Positions 46,518 to 57,213 of a stretch of 64,000 nucleotides of DNA are shown piece after piece. Position 1 is the stretch's first letter. Each line of letters starts with the position of its first letter. A program made the position numbers and the translations under genes. The notes beneath the pieces are model-generated. The model ran no database searches. It saw nothing but the letters and a program-made list of their open reading frames with translations, and was not told the DNA's origin. This DNA is from Abditibacterium sp. (GTDB taxonomy: Bacteria; Armatimonadota; Abditibacteriia; Abditibacteriales; Abditibacteriaceae): the NCBI GenBank assembly GCA_965199495.1, contig CBDASK010000003.1, forward strand, positions 4,608,001-4,672,000, written 5' to 3'.

Positions 46518-48317
46518 ATGCGCAAAGCTAAAAATTTAATTGGCCTTCAGGCCATCTCTCAAGACGAAGGCAAAGACCTTGGCAAAGTTCACGATTTACT
46601 TTTCACTTCCGATTCCCGCCAACTGCTCGGTTTGCTCGTCAGCGACCGCGACTTGTTCGGCTTCAAGGATGCCACCGCGATTCCGTGGTCGCAGGTTCGC
46701 GAAATTGGCACGCACGCCGTCATGGTGCCAACCCAAAGCTCGTTGATGAAAGTCCATTCCGAAGATACCATCGCCGAGGCTTACGATAACGAACTGACTT
46801 TAACTTCCAAGCAACTCACGACCGACAAAGGCGAAACGTTGGGCAAAATTTCCGATTTGTATTTGGATGATAACGGCGCTGTCGTCGGCTACGAAGTTTC
46901 GGGCGGACTTTTCTCCGACGCTTACGATGGCAGACGCTATTTGGACGCGCCATCTGATATTGTCGTCGGCAAAAACGTGATCTTGATGCCGCACCAAATT
47001 GTGGACGATTTAGATCGTCAGGCGCAGCAGCAACCCGGAGGTATTAAAGGCGCTTTCAGTTCGGCGGGCGAAACGCTGAGCGACAAATACGATTCGGCCA
47101 AAGAAACCGTCGCTGACACCTACGACAACATCGCGACGGCTTCGGTGGATAAACAGCGCGCCTACGTTATCGGCAAAACGGCGGGCACTGACGTAATCAT
47201 CCCTGCTGATAAAGCGACGATGACCGCGCCCGCCGCTCTGGCCGAAAGTCGCGTCGAGAGCGGCCAGAATCCCAACGCGCCAGCGGTGGGCGAGCTGGAA
47301 TTGGGCGATTTCGGTAACCGCGACTTGAATGCGGGCGGCATTGACATCGTGCCGGTGCGCGACAATTCGGAAGCGATTGTGCCCGTCGCCGATAGCAGCC
47401 ACGCCGACGCCATTGTGCCATCGAACCAAACGGCGCAAGCGTCCGAAACCATCACCGAACTGCAAAAAGCCACGCCTGCGATGGCAACAGACCTGAGTTC
47501 GAGCGGCGAAGTCGTGGACGGCGAAGTTTTGGTGCGCAAAGGCGAAACTATCACGGCGCAACACGCTGACCGTGCGATTAACGCGGGGATTTTGGCCAAA
47601 CTCGTTGCTTCGGCGACTGCCGGTCACGCGGCGGGCAGCGACGCCAACGCTCAAGCGCAGGGCGCGTTGGATACGGCGCAGAGCAAAACCGAAGGCGCGC
47701 TGAGCAACGCGCAACAAAGCGCCGAAGATGCGGCGATTGGCAAGCCATCGGCGTTCGAGATTGATGCGCCCGACGGTTCGGTTATTGTGGCGCCCGGCCA
47801 AATCGTCACGCGCGAGATTTTGGCGCGCGCCGATCAGCACGGCAAGAAAGCTCAGGTCATTTCGGCGGCGGGCGCAGGCGCGGTTTCGCAAAGCGCGCAG
47901 CACGCCTACGGCGAAGCCAAGGATGTGGCTGCTGACGTTTGGGACACGGTGAAAGAGAAAACCAAACAGCTCATCGGTTATACCAAAGAGAAGAAAGATG
48001 AATATGACGAGGCGTCGTTGGAGCGTAAAATCAAAGATGCCGTTGGCCGTCCCGTCACGCGCGTAATCTTGGCGCCCGACGACACGATTATCCTCAATAC
48101 GGGAGACATCATCACCAACAAAGCGATTCAGGAAGCGCAAGCAGTGGGTTACGTGGACATGATTTTGGATTCGGTCTACGACACCGAGCCGGAAATCACA
48201 CCCGAAATGATGCGCGCGCAGGGCGCGGGCGACGCGACGCTTGCCACGCAAGCCGAGCCAACCGGTGGGCCAATCACGGCGACGGTTGACAACAGCGATC
48301 AATCCGACGCGTCGTAA
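46518..48317 (+). CDS. PRC-barrel domain protein with acidic linker repeats
   Basis: Two PRC barrels (GKDLGKVHDL...IPWSQVREIG; GETLGKISDLY...GYEVSGG) and repeated IVxxGxxIT modules. Confidence 0.85.
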   Translation: MRKAKNLIGLQAISQDEGKDLGKVHDLLFTSDSRQLLGLLVSDRDLFGFKDATAIPWSQVREIGTHAVMVPTQSSLMKVHSEDTIAEAYDNELTLTSKQLTTDKGETLGKISDLYLDDNGAVVGYEVSGGLFSDAYDGRRYLDAPSDIVVGKNVILMPHQIVDDLDRQAQQQPGGIKGAFSSAGETLSDKYDSAKETVADTYDNIATASVDKQRAYVIGKTAGTDVIIPADKATMTAPAALAESRVESGQNPNAPAVGELELGDFGNRDLNAGGIDIVPVRDNSEAIVPVADSSHADAIVPSNQTAQASETITELQKATPAMATDLSSSGEVVDGEVLVRKGETITAQHADRAINAGILAKLVASATAGHAAGSDANAQAQGALDTAQSKTEGALSNAQQSAEDAAIGKPSAFEIDAPDGSVIVAPGQIVTREILARADQHGKKAQVISAAGAGAVSQSAQHAYGEAKDVAADVWDTVKEKTKQLIGYTKEKKDEYDEASLERKIKDAVGRPVTRVILAPDDTIILNTGDIITNKAIQEAQAVGYVDMILDSVYDTEPEITPEMMRAQGAGDATLATQAEPTGGPITATVDNSDQSDAS

Positions 48318-48331
48318 AAGTTGGATGTAAT

Positions 48332-48366
48332 AAAAAGCCCGCGCTTATTCAAAGCGCGGGCTTTTT
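48332..48366. terminator. Bidirectional intrinsic terminator
   Basis: AAAAAGCCCGCGCTT-attca-AAGCGCGGGCTTTTT. Confidence 0.85.
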
Positions 48367-48720
48367 GGGTCTTGCGTCAAAATATCGCCCGCCTCGCATT
48401 GATTCAAAGCCGAAGCAATCACGCACGACATTGCCACCATTTGAAGCGGTAAAACGCTGCCGTTGAACGGCAAATTCGCGTCAATCTCCAGTATTTTTCG
48501 TCGTTAAAGGTGGCGTGAATGAGAACGCAACCATCGTCGAGTTGACTGATTATCACCAATTTTTCCGATTTATCAATATATTTGCGTAACGCGTAATATG
48601 CGGTAGAACATAACAGAGGATTGGCCTCAGTGAGCGCGATGAGAATCTCAGTCACCAAATTAAACGCGCAACGAATCGCCGGACAATAGTGCGCACTCGA
48701 AAAAACGAGTTTTCGAGCCG

Positions 48721-50868
48721 TTACTCGACTCTATCAAGTGAAACGTGTTCTTCAGCAATGAGCTTGCAAGCCCGCGCCGAATCCGCCGATTGGGGCGCCG
48801 TGGCTGCATTAGCCCTGTGGGCCTGTGCGAGATGCGCTTCGATTCCTATCCTGAAAGTCGAAATCCAATTCACCAAAGGAATCATCGCGTGCGGGATCAT
48901 TGGCTTTTTGCGTCTACTTTCTCTCGCGGAATCTACGCGAGCCAGCAGTTTCTCAACGCTGTCGCGTTCGCGCGCCTGGGCGCTCAGTTGAATATCATCA
49001 TAAATCAAAATCTTGCGTCCGTATTTAATCGTCGCGGTCAGTGGGCCACACGCACGCACTTGGTTCTGGCAACGCTCGAAGGTCGTTTCGCCGATTAACA
49101 AGCGCGTCTTGAACTGTTTGGTCTGGTTCTCGATGTGAGCAGCCACGTTGACGGCGTCGCCGATGACGGTGAAATCAGCGCGCTGCTGATCGCCCGTCGT
49201 GACGCCCAGTTCGCCGCACAACATCAGGCCAGTATTAACGCCGATTCCGATGTCGAAATCGGGCAAACCGCGCGCGCGCCAATTCTCGTCCTGCCAACGC
49301 TCGCGCAACAGGGCGAACTCGTCCTGCATCTCCAAAGCCGCGCGCACGGCCCGCAACGCGTGATCGTCGCAGGGCATTGGCAAGCCGAAAACTCCCATCA
49401 CCGCGTCGCCAACATATTTATCGAGCGTGCCGCCGTTACGCTTGACAACTTCGGTCATCGTCTGCAAATAGGCGTTGAGCAACGCCAAAGTCTCGTTTGG
49501 CGTCAGCACATCGAAAAGCCGCGTGAAGCCGCGAATATCGGCGAACAACACGGTCGCCTCGCGCTCTTCTCCCATCGCCAGTTGATCGGGATGACGCAAA
49601 ATCCACTCGGCGACCTGCGGGTCAACGTGGCGTTGCCAGTAAGATTTCACGCGATCTTTCTCGCGCTCTTCGGTCAGGGCGCGGTTGGCGAAAGTCATTA
49701 GTGCGGCCAAAACAAGCGTCAGAATCGGCGTCACCAAATGCACATCGAGTGCGTTCATAACGAAGAAGGCAACGTTTAAAGTGCCGAATACGAGCAGGCT
49801 CGCCACCAACGCGGGCGCGATACGACTCCAGCGCAAGCGCGCCACGATCCAACACGCCGCTCCCGCGCCCAACGCGATAAAAAACGCGTTGAGCCAGAAC
49901 GGAACATGAGACACCGGACGCATTCCTTTCTCGATGGCAGCCAGAACGGTCGCGATGGCGTGCGCCTGAATTTCCATACCCGACATTTGCTCAGCGATTG
50001 GCGTGTTACGAAAATCATTCCCCACGGTTGTCACATCACCAATAATCACAATTTTATTTTTAAAAAATGGCCGGTAAAACGGATCGTCGGCCACGCCTTG
50101 TAATACATCTTCGTAGGGCACAGATGGAAAAAAACCGTGATTATCCACGCTTTGACCGTCTTTCCAAAAGGTAATGCGAAACTCGTCGTTGATGTCGCTC
50201 GGAAGCGCCGAAAAATCGCGCATACCTGTGGCGATGGCGGCGCCCTGCAAACTTAGGGAGGGCAACAGGGAACCATCGGGCAATTTCTCGAAGGAACACA
50301 TGGTGTCCACGCGGCCTTGTGTGAGGTTTTGGTTGATGTGCCCGACGCGCGCGTTCGCCGATTTCAAAGTTGCACTCGGCCCAATCAGACGCGGCGGAGT
50401 TTGATTGTCGTAACTTTCGTAGAGCGCGCCCCACGCGACCTTGCCGGACTCGCGCACGGCGCGCGCGAACTGTGGGTCTTGCGGCTTGGCGGCGTCGAAC
50501 AAAAGATCGAAAACAATGGCGCGCGCACCGGCGCGCGTCAAGTCGCGCACCATGCGCGCGTGATTTAGGCGAGAAGCTGGCGGCCCAGCGATTCCACCCC
50601 CCTGGGGATTAAAGGTTTCATCCGACATCGGCACCAGCACGATCTGCTTTTTGGCCCAGGGCCGCACATCGCCAAAATAAAGCGAGTAGGCGCTGAACCG
50701 CTCGGCGAGAGCGACTTGCTCGGCCTTGACCAAATAAGGTTGCGAATCGAGGTAAAGCCCCAAAGCCGTCGCCGCGCCCCAGATAAAAAGCAGCGTAAAC
50801 CGCGTCGTCTGTTGGGACAACGCGGTTTGGATGCGACGAATAATGGGCATGGGCGCGGGAGAGTTCAT
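48721..50868 (-). CDS. CHASE2-domain class III adenylate cyclase
   Basis: GARAIVFDLLF, KNKIVIIG, SGMEIQAH, three TM segments, LFADIRGFT, DKYVGDAVM, TVIGDAVN. Confidence 0.92.
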   Translation of the reverse strand: MNSPAPMPIIRRIQTALSQQTTRFTLLFIWGAATALGLYLDSQPYLVKAEQVALAERFSAYSLYFGDVRPWAKKQIVLVPMSDETFNPQGGGIAGPPASRLNHARMVRDLTRAGARAIVFDLLFDAAKPQDPQFARAVRESGKVAWGALYESYDNQTPPRLIGPSATLKSANARVGHINQNLTQGRVDTMCSFEKLPDGSLLPSLSLQGAAIATGMRDFSALPSDINDEFRITFWKDGQSVDNHGFFPSVPYEDVLQGVADDPFYRPFFKNKIVIIGDVTTVGNDFRNTPIAEQMSGMEIQAHAIATVLAAIEKGMRPVSHVPFWLNAFFIALGAGAACWIVARLRWSRIAPALVASLLVFGTLNVAFFVMNALDVHLVTPILTLVLAALMTFANRALTEEREKDRVKSYWQRHVDPQVAEWILRHPDQLAMGEEREATVLFADIRGFTRLFDVLTPNETLALLNAYLQTMTEVVKRNGGTLDKYVGDAVMGVFGLPMPCDDHALRAVRAALEMQDEFALLRERWQDENWRARGLPDFDIGIGVNTGLMLCGELGVTTGDQQRADFTVIGDAVNVAAHIENQTKQFKTRLLIGETTFERCQNQVRACGPLTATIKYGRKILIYDDIQLSAQARERDSVEKLLARVDSARESRRKKPMIPHAMIPLVNWISTFRIGIEAHLAQAHRANAATAPQSADSARACKLIAEEHVSLDRVE

Positions 50869-50909
50869 TCCTGCAATTGCATAAGTTCTATGCAAACTAA
50901 CGGCTCAAC

Positions 50910-53900
50910 TCAAAACCGATTTGTCAGACCGAATTCAATGTGACGCTCGCCCGTACGGTAATCTTGGAAAGCGAACTGGCGCGTATCGAAGATATTAGTG
51001 ACGTTAAAGAACAATTCGTTGCGCGAGGAACCTTCGCGCGCCAACAGCAAATCAACGGCGTTGGTCGAGCCGAACGGAGCGCGCCCGCCGCCCACATCCA
51101 AACCGCCCAGAAACGAACCGGTGTGGCGCACCCGCAAGCCGACTTTATTGCCGGAATTCGACAGATATTGCAGCGACAGATCGCCCAGCAAACGCGGCTC
51201 GTAGGGCGCGTGGCTGCTGTAACCATCGGCGCTCACCGAACGCGAAACCAGACCGCCGTTTAAGAACCAGTTGCGGCCCAGACGGTTTTCGGCGCGCGCG
51301 CCAAACCCCGATCCGCGCCAACCATCCAACTTCAGCGAGGCCGCGACGGGCGAAGGCAAACCGTTACCAAAACCCTGAAAATCAGGCCCGCCAACAACAA
51401 CATTATCCGCCGAACTCGCGAAGGCAAATAAGCGCACAAAACCACTTTTGCCGACGTAACGCTCGACATCAAGTTGCGCCAGTTGCATCGTTTGTGGCAC
51501 GCCGTAAGGCACGGCGCCGCGTTGCGTAATCAGCAGAGTTTCATTGGGCGCGAATGCGCTCGTCGTCGCGTCCGTAACGCGCTTGTTGAACGAAAACCGC
51601 AGCGCCGTGCGCGCATCGGCCTGATAGTTTGCCAGAAAACTCGGCAAAACGTGCGTCTGATTATCAACAATTCCGGGCGCCAGTTGCGTCTGATCCAAAA
51701 TCGCCAAGCCGCCATTTTGCGAGCGCTGGTTGCGCTGCACGCGCAGTTGGCCGATCAAAGAAAATTTCTGGCCAAAACGCCCGGCGTATTGGCCGTAAGC
51801 CAGATTGGTGACGTTGGTTTCATCGCCAAAAAGTCGGCCCTGCTGACCAGCCACGGACAACGGCAAGTCGCCGCTCAAATCGAATTTGGTGCGCGCGCGC
51901 GCCAATCCAAAGGTGAAAGTCCCCGCCTGTGTGGTGCCGCGATTGACCTGCAAATCGTAGCGCAATTCGGGCAGCAAACCGTTCGATTCGACATCTTGGC
52001 GCGCGATATTTAAATCGGAACCGGCGACGCCGAACGAGTTACCCAACGGATCGGTCACGGTGTTTTTCTGGCGCGCGCCGCGCACACCGACCCACAAATT
52101 GCTGTTGGCGCTCAGGCGCTGACGCGCGGCGATGCCGAGGTCGCCTCCACTATAGCGCGAGCGGTCGTCGGTGTCGGGCCGCGAGTCAGGGCCGCGCAAA
52201 CCATTTTCGGTCGAGGCAGCACGCAAAACCACGCCGATGTTGGTGCGCGGCGATGGTGCGTAGGTCAAAAACTGCCCGGTCGAATAGCCTTTGCTGTCGT
52301 CGTTGGTGCGCGTTCCGGCGCCCGCCTCGCGGTTGACTAGACTCAGCGAGTTCAACTTGCCGTCGTCCGCCGTGATGCGATGCGTCAGCCCGACCGTATT
52401 GGCGCCTTGCGTGCCGCCCGACGGCGTGAGTTCGGTGTGAATGCCACCGCGCAAAAGTTGCTGTGAAATCGCGGGGTCTTGAATAAACGCCTGCGTCAGG
52501 CTGGCCGACGACGGGCGCAAATCGCTGTTACCGTTGCGCAGTGCCAACTGCGCCATCGCCAGAGCGTTGGTCGGATCGTAGATTAACGCGGTGCGAAATT
52601 CGCGTTCCGATTGCGCTTCGAGGCGCCCGAAATCCAAAGCCAAACCTAAAATCGCGTGATACTGCCCGACTTCGGGCGCCAATCGAACCGCCTGCTGACC
52701 AGCTTCGATGGCCGCGCTGAGTTTGTTGGAATAGGTCAAAGTGCGCGCCAGTTCAGCCTGATAAAGCGCTGAGTTGGGCGCCTTTTCAATCGCCTGACGC
52801 TGGCGCGTTTCGGCGCCGCGATAATCGCCCTGCTCATACAAAACCGCGCCCAGCGCGCCCAGCGCCGCGTCCGAATTGGGGTTGCGCTCCAAAATCACGT
52901 TGACCGCCTGACGCGCTTTTTCCGGCTCGCCCATCAAGTTGTAAACGCGCGCCAATGCCGAAGCTGCGGGCAGAAAATCGGGCGACTGTTCCAGAGTGCG
53001 CTGCAAGTTGCGGAGGGCGTGGCTGTAGTCGCGGCGCCCGGCATTAGCCACGCCCAATAGATAATACGCTTGCGGCAATTTCGGATCGAGCGCGACCGCT
53101 TGCGCCGCCTCGCGCGCGGCACTATCGGCGTCGCCGCGCAGCAACAGCGCCTGTCCCAATGCCACACGCGCCGCCGCAGAATCGGGATCGAGCGCGACCG
53201 CGCGCCGCGCGTTGCGCTGCGAAGCGACGCCATCGCCCGCGAAAAAGTTGGCCAGCGCCAGGTTACCGTGCGCAAGAGCCGAATACGGTTGCAGCCTCGT
53301 CGCAGTTTCCCCTTCGCGCACGGCGCCGGCGACATCGTTTTCGTCCAGCAACGCCAACGCCAGCCACGCGTGCGCGGCATAGCTGACTTCGCTGTCGCCA
53401 CTCGCCACAGCTTTCAAAGCTTCAACGCCCAACGCGCGTTTGGCGGGCTGGCGTAACAACGCCACGCCGAGCGCCAAGCGTGCTTCGGCGCCTTGATCGC
53501 GGCCCAGCGCCGTGCTTCTGAGCGGAGCCGACAGCGCCCTTTCGGCGGCGATTTGCGCCGCGTCGGGTTGGTCGCGTTGCAGTTGAAGCCACGCCACGCC
53601 CGTCATCGCCGGAGCATAAGAATCGGTGTTACCGCTACCACCATCTTCAGCGACTTGCACCAATCGCGCGCCAGTTTTCGAGGCCGCCTTGAATGCTTCG
53701 TTGGCTTCGTCGAGCCGATCTAATTCCAGTAAAACATAGCCCAAACGCGTCAACGTTTGCGGGTCGCGCGCCAACTGCTCGGCGGTTTGGTACTGAACCA
53801 ACGCTTCTGGATAACGATGCGCATCGAACAAAGCATCGCCCAAATCGCGCAAAACGGCGGCGTTATTTGGCGCGGCCTGTGCGCGAGTTTGGCGGCGCGC

Positions 53901-54569
53901 GAGTTCGGGCGCGACGACTTTGGGATCGAGCGAAATCCAAAACTTTTCGCGCGAGACGGCGGCGCGATCCAGCGAGGCCGTCCATTCGGTGATTAAGCCA
54001 CCGTTTTGCACGGTGACCGGCGCCGTCGGCGCCAGACCGGGCCGCGCGATACTACGCTGCGAAGAATTCACGATAACCGAGCCGAACTTGTTGAAAAATT
54101 CAACTTCGCCTTCAACCACGACCAAAGCGGTCGTGCCGTCACCCGCAGCCACGTCGAGGTGAATCTCCGTCCCGCGCACGCCCAGGGAGACGGTGCGCGT
54201 TTCGATGGCGTTGCCGGGCCGCAAGCGCGCCCACACGCGCCCACTGATTGCGCGAAATAAACTGCGCTTGCCATCTCCCAGCGGTTTGGGTTCTGTGACC
54301 TGAATCGAAGAATTCTCGCCCAGACGCACTTGCGCGCCATCGCTCCACAACAACGTCAACTTGCCATTGGCGCCAGTTCCCACAACGTTTCCGATGTAAA
54401 GTGGAGTACGACGCGCCAAGTTCGCCCTGGCCGCGCCAGTTTTGGTGCTGACCCAGGTCGTGCCGGTCGCAGTTCGCACTGTGCCAACGGGAGCCGCAGC
54501 CCACGCCGCGCCGCTCGACATCGTGAGAACAACCAAAGCAGTCCAATTGGGAGCAAGTAATTTTTTCAT
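50910..54569 (-). CDS. FecR-TPR-beta-barrel outer membrane protein (NsrA-like)
   Basis: Signal peptide; FecR motifs (DGAQVRLGENS, GVRGT, VVEGEV); many TPRs; TonB-receptor-like end (FNVTNIFD...FGLTNRF). Confidence 0.85.
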   Translation of the reverse strand: MKKLLAPNWTALVVLTMSSGAAWAAAPVGTVRTATGTTWVSTKTGAARANLARRTPLYIGNVVGTGANGKLTLLWSDGAQVRLGENSSIQVTEPKPLGDGKRSLFRAISGRVWARLRPGNAIETRTVSLGVRGTEIHLDVAAGDGTTALVVVEGEVEFFNKFGSVIVNSSQRSIARPGLAPTAPVTVQNGGLITEWTASLDRAAVSREKFWISLDPKVVAPELARRQTRAQAAPNNAAVLRDLGDALFDAHRYPEALVQYQTAEQLARDPQTLTRLGYVLLELDRLDEANEAFKAASKTGARLVQVAEDGGSGNTDSYAPAMTGVAWLQLQRDQPDAAQIAAERALSAPLRSTALGRDQGAEARLALGVALLRQPAKRALGVEALKAVASGDSEVSYAAHAWLALALLDENDVAGAVREGETATRLQPYSALAHGNLALANFFAGDGVASQRNARRAVALDPDSAAARVALGQALLLRGDADSAAREAAQAVALDPKLPQAYYLLGVANAGRRDYSHALRNLQRTLEQSPDFLPAASALARVYNLMGEPEKARQAVNVILERNPNSDAALGALGAVLYEQGDYRGAETRQRQAIEKAPNSALYQAELARTLTYSNKLSAAIEAGQQAVRLAPEVGQYHAILGLALDFGRLEAQSEREFRTALIYDPTNALAMAQLALRNGNSDLRPSSASLTQAFIQDPAISQQLLRGGIHTELTPSGGTQGANTVGLTHRITADDGKLNSLSLVNREAGAGTRTNDDSKGYSTGQFLTYAPSPRTNIGVVLRAASTENGLRGPDSRPDTDDRSRYSGGDLGIAARQRLSANSNLWVGVRGARQKNTVTDPLGNSFGVAGSDLNIARQDVESNGLLPELRYDLQVNRGTTQAGTFTFGLARARTKFDLSGDLPLSVAGQQGRLFGDETNVTNLAYGQYAGRFGQKFSLIGQLRVQRNQRSQNGGLAILDQTQLAPGIVDNQTHVLPSFLANYQADARTALRFSFNKRVTDATTSAFAPNETLLITQRGAVPYGVPQTMQLAQLDVERYVGKSGFVRLFAFASSADNVVVGGPDFQGFGNGLPSPVAASLKLDGWRGSGFGARAENRLGRNWFLNGGLVSRSVSADGYSSHAPYEPRLLGDLSLQYLSNSGNKVGLRVRHTGSFLGGLDVGGGRAPFGSTNAVDLLLAREGSSRNELFFNVTNIFDTRQFAFQDYRTGERHIEFGLTNRF

Positions 54570-54605
54570 AGCAACAAAGTTCGGACGGATTAAAAATCGG
54601 GCGTT

Positions 54606-55589
54606 TTAGCGCACATCGGGCGCGGTATCTGCGCCAAGATCGGTTGTCAAGCGCGTCAAGGCGCCATCGCTGAGGCTAAGCGAATAAAGGTCAAAGTTGT
54701 CGTTTGGATTAGACGAGAAAATCAAACGTTTTCCGTCGCGACTCCAGGCGGGCGCGTCATCGCGCAAATCGTTATGGGTAATTTGCCGGGCTTCACTGCC
54801 ATCGGCGCGGCTCACGAAGATTTCTGGGTCGCCATCGGCATCGGAAACAAACGCCAGTTGGCTCCCATCGGGACTCCAGGCGGGCGCTGTATGAAATGCC
54901 AGATCGGAAGTAATCGCCTTCGGCTCGCCGCCCGCGACAGGGCGCACATAAATCTGCGAGAAACCGATGAACTCGCCGTTTGGATCGTAGTCGGACGCAT
55001 AAGCAATGCGCGTCCCATCGGGACTCCACGCGGGCTGTCTTTGATCCAAAAAATCGCCCTCGTCAGTCAAATTGCGGATGTGGCCGCTGGCCACATCCAA
55101 AATCACGATATTGCTGCTGAAAGTCTCTTCGGAAAAAACACGAAAAGCTAACTTGGTTCCGTCAGGACTCCACGCGGGTTGCTCCTCAATTAACGGGCTA
55201 TCGGTGAGCCGTCTCACTCCACTACCATCGGCATTCATCAAATAAAGGCTGCTATGGCCACCACGCGTCGAGGCAAAAGCGATCTGACGCCGGTCGGGAC
55301 TGAGCGCCGGATCAACATCCGCTTCCGCACTGTTAGTCAAACGCAATTGCACTTTGCCGTCGCCGAAAGCGGTATAAATCTCATAGTTGCCGCTCCGATC
55401 AGATTGAAAAACCAAAGTTTCTCGTGCATTTTGTGATGTGCCCGAACTGGGGCCGCTTGCGCCACCGCCGCAACCTCCGAGTAGCGAGCTGGCCATTATG
55501 CCCACCGCCAGCACTCCAGATGACGCATAGGTTGGGATAGAAAGTAACACGCTCTGCAAGGTGCATCGGAAAAAAGAAGTTTTCAACAT
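54606..55589 (-). CDS. TolB-like PD40 beta-propeller lipoprotein
   Basis: Repeated PAWSPDG blades; LLGGC lipobox; start codon uncertain. Confidence 0.88.
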   Translation of the reverse strand: MLKTSFFRCTLQSVLLSIPTYASSGVLAVGIMASSLLGGCGGGASGPSSGTSQNARETLVFQSDRSGNYEIYTAFGDGKVQLRLTNSAEADVDPALSPDRRQIAFASTRGGHSSLYLMNADGSGVRRLTDSPLIEEQPAWSPDGTKLAFRVFSEETFSSNIVILDVASGHIRNLTDEGDFLDQRQPAWSPDGTRIAYASDYDPNGEFIGFSQIYVRPVAGGEPKAITSDLAFHTAPAWSPDGSQLAFVSDADGDPEIFVSRADGSEARQITHNDLRDDAPAWSRDGKRLIFSSNPNDNFDLYSLSLSDGALTRLTTDLGADTAPDVR

Positions 55590-55645
55590 CAACGATACTG
55601 ATGAGGCACGACATTGACCATTTGAAATTTTCGTGGCTAAAACAA

Positions 55646-55679
55646 TTTGGGCGGCGCTCTTACGAGCGCCGCCCAAATA
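55646..55679 (-). terminator. Strong hairpin (terminator or attenuator) inside the cluster
   Basis: ATTTGGGCGGCGCTC-ttac-GAGCGCCGCCCAAAT. Confidence 0.6.
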
Positions 55680-55698
55680 TAGACTAACGAACTCACGT

Positions 55699-57213
55699 TT
55701 ACGACCCTAGCACAACTTGGTCTGAGGTTGCGGGTTGGTGGTTAAAGCTGGTGAACGAAGATGAAGCCGGAGCAGTAGGCAACGCACCGGGAACCCAATA
55801 AGGAAAAACCTGACTATATATGCCAGTGCCTGAATACACGATGCGGTAATATTTGCCCGGAGCCGGGTTAACGATGTTGACCGAGGCAAATTTGGTGATA
55901 TACAAGATGTATGTCATATGCCAGAACGAGCTTTGGTTCGGCGCGTAGTTGTTGCCATATTCGATATTCAGCGTGCCATCGAGGTAAGCGTTGCCGTTGA
56001 CGCGCAGTTGGTCGTATTGAAGACCTGCAACTGGCCCCCAAATTTGCATATTCATCAGGCCATTGGCGGTTTGGGTGAAGTTGCCGTTGATGATGATCAG
56101 GCCGGGCGAGTGGCCGACGTTGATGGCGCCGCCGTCAATGACTACATCGCCGTCGATGGTGCCGCTACCGTCCAACACGCCACCCTTAATTTGCAGGCTG
56201 CCAGCGTCGGATTTTTTCGACGAACTCACGATTTCCAGCGTGCCGTCATCAATTGTTGTGGTGCCGCTTTCCTGCGTCACCGTATTGCCGTCGACCGGCG
56301 CGATTTTCAAGTGGCCTTTGCCCACATGCAGATGGCCTTTGTTTGTCACTGCCATTTGAATCTCGGCGTCGCCTTCCATCACTTCAAGCACGCCGTCGTT
56401 GTCCAACGTTTTCGATTTGCCAGAACAACCCAAAACGCTGCCGTTTTTGAGCGACATTTTCGCGCCTTTCTGATTTGAAAAATCTTTTTTGGCCAGAGTG
56501 CGCACGCCATCGAAAATTAAGGTGTCTGCGTTAGAAATAGTACCGCCTTCAAAAGCGCGGCTATCGCTCCCCGTGTTGGTCAAGATAACCGTGCCCTTTT
56601 CATTGGTGAGCGAATTGAACTGGACGGGAGCATCCGTCGCTGCGCCAGCCACGCTCAACACAAGGTCGCCGCCATTATTGTTCACATCGTCGAACTCGGC
56701 ATCAACCGACGCGCTAATGTTGATGTTCAACTTGCCTTTGTTATTGACTTTACCGAATTTGCCGTGCTTCTTTTTGGTTTTGGCTGCCGATGACAAGCCA
56801 TTGGACAGAGATCTCACAGCATCGAGCGCGGGCGCGTTCACGTTGAGGGTAGCCACCGCGCCAGCGGGAATGTTAAGTTCGCCTTCGCCTTCGACAAGGC
56901 CATCGGAACTTGTCCAGCCCGTGACGTTGAGCGCGCCGTCGTTCAGCAACGTGGCCTCGCTGCCCAAGCGCAGGTTTTTGAGCGTTACGTTGTCGGGCAC
57001 TGCCACCGCCGCCGTGCCGCCGATGAACACAGTATCCGCCGCGCCGGGCACGCCCCGTGGCGCCCAGTTCTTCGAGTTCGTCCACACACCATCGGCGGCG
57101 TTACCCGTCCAGGTGTAGTCCGCTGCGTTGGCCGCATAAGGCGCGCCCAACATCAGACCAGCCGCCATAGCGCCCAGCCAAAGCCCCTGCCAGTTTTGAT
57201 TCGTTTTTTTCAT
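55699..57213 (-). CDS. Secreted autotransporter-passenger-like beta-helix protein without its own barrel
   Basis: Signal peptide; YTWTG...WTNSKNWAP, GVLDGSGTIDG, GHSPGLIIINGNFTQ, YDQLRVNGNAYLDGTL. Confidence 0.75.
   Translation of the reverse strand: MKKTNQNWQGLWLGAMAAGLMLGAPYAANAADYTWTGNAADGVWTNSKNWAPRGVPGAADTVFIGGTAAVAVPDNVTLKNLRLGSEATLLNDGALNVTGWTSSDGLVEGEGELNIPAGAVATLNVNAPALDAVRSLSNGLSSAAKTKKKHGKFGKVNNKGKLNINISASVDAEFDDVNNNGGDLVLSVAGAATDAPVQFNSLTNEKGTVILTNTGSDSRAFEGGTISNADTLIFDGVRTLAKKDFSNQKGAKMSLKNGSVLGCSGKSKTLDNDGVLEVMEGDAEIQMAVTNKGHLHVGKGHLKIAPVDGNTVTQESGTTTIDDGTLEIVSSSKKSDAGSLQIKGGVLDGSGTIDGDVVIDGGAINVGHSPGLIIINGNFTQTANGLMNMQIWGPVAGLQYDQLRVNGNAYLDGTLNIEYGNNYAPNQSSFWHMTYILYITKFASVNIVNPAPGKYYRIVYSGTGIYSQVFPYWVPGALPTAPASSSFTSFNHQPATSDQVVLGS

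Noticed and set aside
47010..48302. Long antisense ORFs (e.g. 47010-48302, 3795-4844, 6743-7759, 18442-19479, 34627-35688, 57286-58272)
   Set aside because: Shadow frames of well-supported genes on the opposite strand, expected from this codon bias
48419..48658. 79-aa ORF downstream of the cyclase
   Set aside because: Non-ATG start, no recognisable motif or SD; could be a remnant but is unsupported
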